DNA of 9,096 bases from Nitrososphaerota archaeon (GTDB lineage Archaea; Thermoproteota; Nitrososphaeria; Nitrososphaerales; UBA57), in assembly GCA_013378385.1 (NCBI GenBank), contig JACAFS010000040.1, positions 1 through 9,096 of the forward strand, given 5' to 3'. Below, piece after piece: positions 7,357 through 9,096 of this stretch (its first letter is position 1; every line of letters starts with the position of its first letter). The notes beneath the pieces are model-generated. The model was not told the origin of the DNA. It saw nothing but the letters and a program-made list of their open reading frames with translations, and did no database searches. A program made the translations under genes and the position numbers.

Positions 7357-8136
7357 ATGCAAAAAGTGGATTACGAATCATTCGGGAAATCCAAGAGAAA
7401 CAATTATGAACAAGAGAAAATAATAAAAGACCCATTTGGAAAATTTGAGGATATAAATATACAAAAGGCGATTCCAAGAAAGATAATTAAAGATATAAAA
7501 AGAAAAAAAGAATTTATTGAAAATGGAATAAATAGAATAGAAGAAGCGTCAAAGATAAAATATCCAGAATATTATGTTGAACCTGTATTACCAGTTGCCT
7601 TTACATCTTTAGAAAGAGGAAGTCCGACGCCGTATTTTGCAAGGAATATATTTCATATATGGAAAGGAGAAGTAAGAATAATTATCCAATTATCGGCGCC
7701 ATTAATAGCGTTTGGTCTAAAAGGTACAATACAAGCAATATTGGCACATGAATTTCTTCACTATATAGAATATGTAAGAAAATTTGAAAGATTAGATATC
7801 ATTTCAGATGAAATATCGAGTACTTTATTTGAAGCGAAATACGCAGATGCGTGCAGGTCGTTCAAACCAGAATTGATATTTACACATAGTAATAAATCAC
7901 CGCAGATTATAAAACATCTGAGAGAGAAATTCCAGAATCATTCAGTCGGTGAGAGATTAATTAAGAAAACAAAGGAAGACTGGATAAATAAGAGCCTGCC
8001 TGTACGTCGTGTTAGTTTAGAGAATAATGTATCTAGTATTCCGATAGAAACAATAATGAAAACGAAATTTGATTCAGACGTAGGAAAAAGAATTAAAGAG
8101 TTAGAACAAAATGCAAAAAAATCTAAATTTAGATGA
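7357..8136 (+). CDS. hypothetical protein with HExxH motif (putative gluzincin-like zinc metallopeptidase/hydrolase)
   Basis: 259-aa ATG ORF. HEFLH (H131-H135, nt 7747-7761) is preceded by a hydrophobic strand-like segment (VRIIIQLSAPLIAF). A Glu lies 24 residues after the second His in the context LFEAKYAD (E159, nt 7831-7833). The N- and C-termini are Lys-rich. The family was not recognised. The coding call is more secure than the function. Confidence 0.6.
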   Translation: MQKVDYESFGKSKRNNYEQEKIIKDPFGKFEDINIQKAIPRKIIKDIKRKKEFIENGINRIEEASKIKYPEYYVEPVLPVAFTSLERGSPTPYFARNIFHIWKGEVRIIIQLSAPLIAFGLKGTIQAILAHEFLHYIEYVRKFERLDIISDEISSTLFEAKYADACRSFKPELIFTHSNKSPQIIKHLREKFQNHSVGERLIKKTKEDWINKSLPVRRVSLENNVSSIPIETIMKTKFDSDVGKRIKELEQNAKKSKFR

Positions 8137-8947
8137 TGAAAAAGATAGAATTCTTCGTGTAATTAACAGAGTTACTAAAGGATTTGACATAGAAGCAATT
8201 TGTATGTATGGATCAAGAGTGTCAGGATATGCCAAAGAAGAAAGTGATTATGACTTGATTGTTGTAATCAATAATTACAAGGATAAAGTTAGATATAGAT
8301 ATATTTTTGATAAGATAGAAATCTCTGCAATTTTTGTTGATAAAGAATATATAATTTCTGATGCAAAAAATGCGTCGTTAGGAGAATTCGTAGTTGGAAG
8401 GTTATTAAATCCATACGAGGCGTTAGTAAATAAGAAATTTTTCGAGACAGTAGAGATTGCATATAAAAAGAGAGTAATATTAGAAACAATTGAGAAATTA
8501 CAGATTAAATACAGGAGTTTAAGTGGATACTTGAAAATTCCAACTGAATATTTTCTATTTCGTAGATTAAACTTTAGAATGAGAATGTATCCGCCAGTAA
8601 AGTATAGTTACATAATGACCTATTCAGGAAAGATTAATGCGAAAAATGTAAGAAAGAGTGTGAAAGGGTTCAATAATGCAGCAAAGATATTGTATAAAGA
8701 AGACTATCTGCATTATGATAAAGAAGGAATAATAAGTATAAACAGTAAGAAAAGGAAAAACAGATTTATACTGAATTTGAGATTAGTTAGGAAAATAATC
8801 AAACATTACTATATACATCTATTAGCGGGAAGAGTGAGGTATAATATTGCGTTAAAAGAACTATTCTCAAAAATTAATCGTAAGAAACATATGAAAGAAA
8901 TGCCAGAATACCTATCAAAACCTGAGAGTTTATTAAAAATTAAGTAA
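8111..8947 (+). CDS. nucleotidyltransferase-domain protein (Pol-beta superfamily; possibly Tam41/Mmp37-like)
   Basis: 278-aa ATG ORF. The minimal NTase signature is ICMYGSRVSGYAKEESDYDLIVVI, that is GS-x10-DxD (G34/S35, D46/D48, nt 8210-8254). A candidate third carboxylate is D77 in ISAIFVDKEY. Downstream blocks are FVVGRLLNPYEAL, NFRM / TYSGK and HLLAGRVRY. It overlaps the upstream ORF by 26 nt. Confidence 0.8.
   Translation: MQKNLNLDDEKDRILRVINRVTKGFDIEAICMYGSRVSGYAKEESDYDLIVVINNYKDKVRYRYIFDKIEISAIFVDKEYIISDAKNASLGEFVVGRLLNPYEALVNKKFFETVEIAYKKRVILETIEKLQIKYRSLSGYLKIPTEYFLFRRLNFRMRMYPPVKYSYIMTYSGKINAKNVRKSVKGFNNAAKILYKEDYLHYDKEGIISINSKKRKNRFILNLRLVRKIIKHYYIHLLAGRVRYNIALKELFSKINRKKHMKEMPEYLSKPESLLKIK
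8115..8121 (+). other. A7 homopolymer inside the 26-nt overlap of the HExxH and NTase ORFs
   Basis: The sequence atgcAAAAAAAtct has seven consecutive A at 8115-8121. This is directly after the NTase ATG (8111) and 13 nt before the HExxH ORF stop (8134-8136). Confidence 0.95.
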
Positions 8948-8953
8948 TCAGAA

Positions 8954-9096
8954 TTATTTAGCTGGCTTTTCTTCGGCCTTAGCTTTCTCGGCTGGCTTTT
9001 CTTCGGCCTTAGCTTTCTCGGCTGGCTTTTCTTCGGCCTTAGCTTTCTCGGCTGGCTTTTCTTCGGCCTTAGCTTTCTCTGCTGGCTTTTCTTCGG
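8954..9096 (-). CDS. 3' end of a window-truncated gene; C-terminal tail of tandem EKAKAEEKPA decapeptides
   Basis: The reverse strand reads ...(A)EEKPA-(EKAKAEEKPA)x4-K-stop, with TAA as the complement of 8954-8956. The alternative open reverse frame (RKLRPKKSQP) runs on antisense into the NTase gene. The single repeat substitution (9080) is synonymous (GCC/GCA Ala) only in the EKAKAEEKPA frame. This ORF is absent from the track because it runs off the window edge. Confidence 0.6.
   Translation of the reverse strand, partial: EEKPAEKAKAEEKPAEKAKAEEKPAEKAKAEEKPAEKAKAEEKPAK
8961..9096. repeat. 30-bp direct tandem repeat, at least 4.5 copies (truncated by window end)
   Basis: The unit gctggcttttcttcggccttagctttctcg occupies 8961-8990, 8991-9020 and 9021-9050 identically. 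The copy at 9051-9080 differs by one base (g to t at 9080). The copy from 9081-9096 is partial. The repeat is visibly more G+C-rich than the rest of the window. Confidence 0.97.

Noticed and set aside
8133-8139. ATGATGA (C-box-like RUGAUGA) as the start of a C/D-box sRNA
   Set aside because: No CUGA D-box or C'/D' elements occur in the following ~70 nt, and the site lies within the coding overlap. It is explained by the aga-tga / gat-gat-gaa codons.
6118-8489. Minus-strand ORFs 6118..6384 (antisense to asd), 6918..7235 (antisense to the Lrp/AsnC gene) and 8289..8489 (antisense to the NTase gene)
   Set aside because: All are embedded antisense in better-supported genes. Their compositions are biased (L, I, S, F, Y rich), as expected from reading AT-rich codons backwards.
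8789-8806. R-x4-H (RKIIKH) near the NTase C-terminus as a HEPN catalytic motif, which would imply a fused MNT-HEPN toxin-antitoxin-like protein
   Set aside because: The region is extremely Lys/Arg-rich, so an Rx4H match is expected by chance. The surrounding blocks fit the Tam41-like reading at least as well. This remains an alternative to test by profile search, but it is not supported enough to call.
8961-9096. The 30-bp repeats as a possible CRISPR array
   Set aside because: The repeats are directly abutting with no spacers. They are in phase with an open reading frame that ends in a stop codon just after the array, and no cas genes or leader are present. This is a coding tandem repeat, not CRISPR.
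1-9096. Looked for hallmarks of mobile or defence islands: integrase or transposase motifs, terminal inverted repeats, tRNA attachment sites, or abrupt composition shifts
   Set aside because: None found. The only compositional anomaly is the G+C-richer coding tandem repeat at the 3' end. Gene content is otherwise housekeeping with uniform codon bias.

Overview
AT-rich window (roughly one-third G+C by eye), densely coding, with A/T-ending codon bias. It looks archaeal: archaeal-type aspartate-pathway enzymes, an Lrp/AsnC regulator, TATA-like boxes 25-40 bp upstream of start codons, and very short or absent leaders. A streamlined thaumarchaeon (Nitrosopumilales-like) is my best guess, but that is inference only. 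About 5.8 kb (936..6743) is ordinary core metabolism. It holds all five steps from aspartate to threonine in two divergent units, thrB-thrC on the minus strand and hom-aspartokinase-asd on the plus strand, followed by an Lrp/AsnC regulator. Upstream lie a 3' gene fragment of unknown function and a hotdog-fold acyl-CoA thioesterase. I see no mobile element, CRISPR array, tRNA/rRNA, integrase or recognisable defence gene. The less ordinary material is at the 3' end. (i) Two unannotatable ORFs overlap by 26 nt: a 259-aa HExxH (gluzincin-like) protein and a 278-aa Pol-beta-fold nucleotidyltransferase. The collinear motifs of the second ORF recall the Tam41/Mmp37 lipid-nucleotidyltransferase family, recalled from memory and unverified. 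An A7 tract lies inside the overlap, and loss of one A would fuse the two ORFs. (ii) A convergent, window-truncated minus-strand gene ends in at least 4.5 nearly perfect 30-bp tandem repeats encoding (EKAKAEEKPA)n. An 11+11 bp perfect inverted repeat in the divergent thrB/hom promoter region is a candidate operator. None of these is demonstrably a new system from sequence alone. The HExxH/NTase pair is the best candidate for follow-up.
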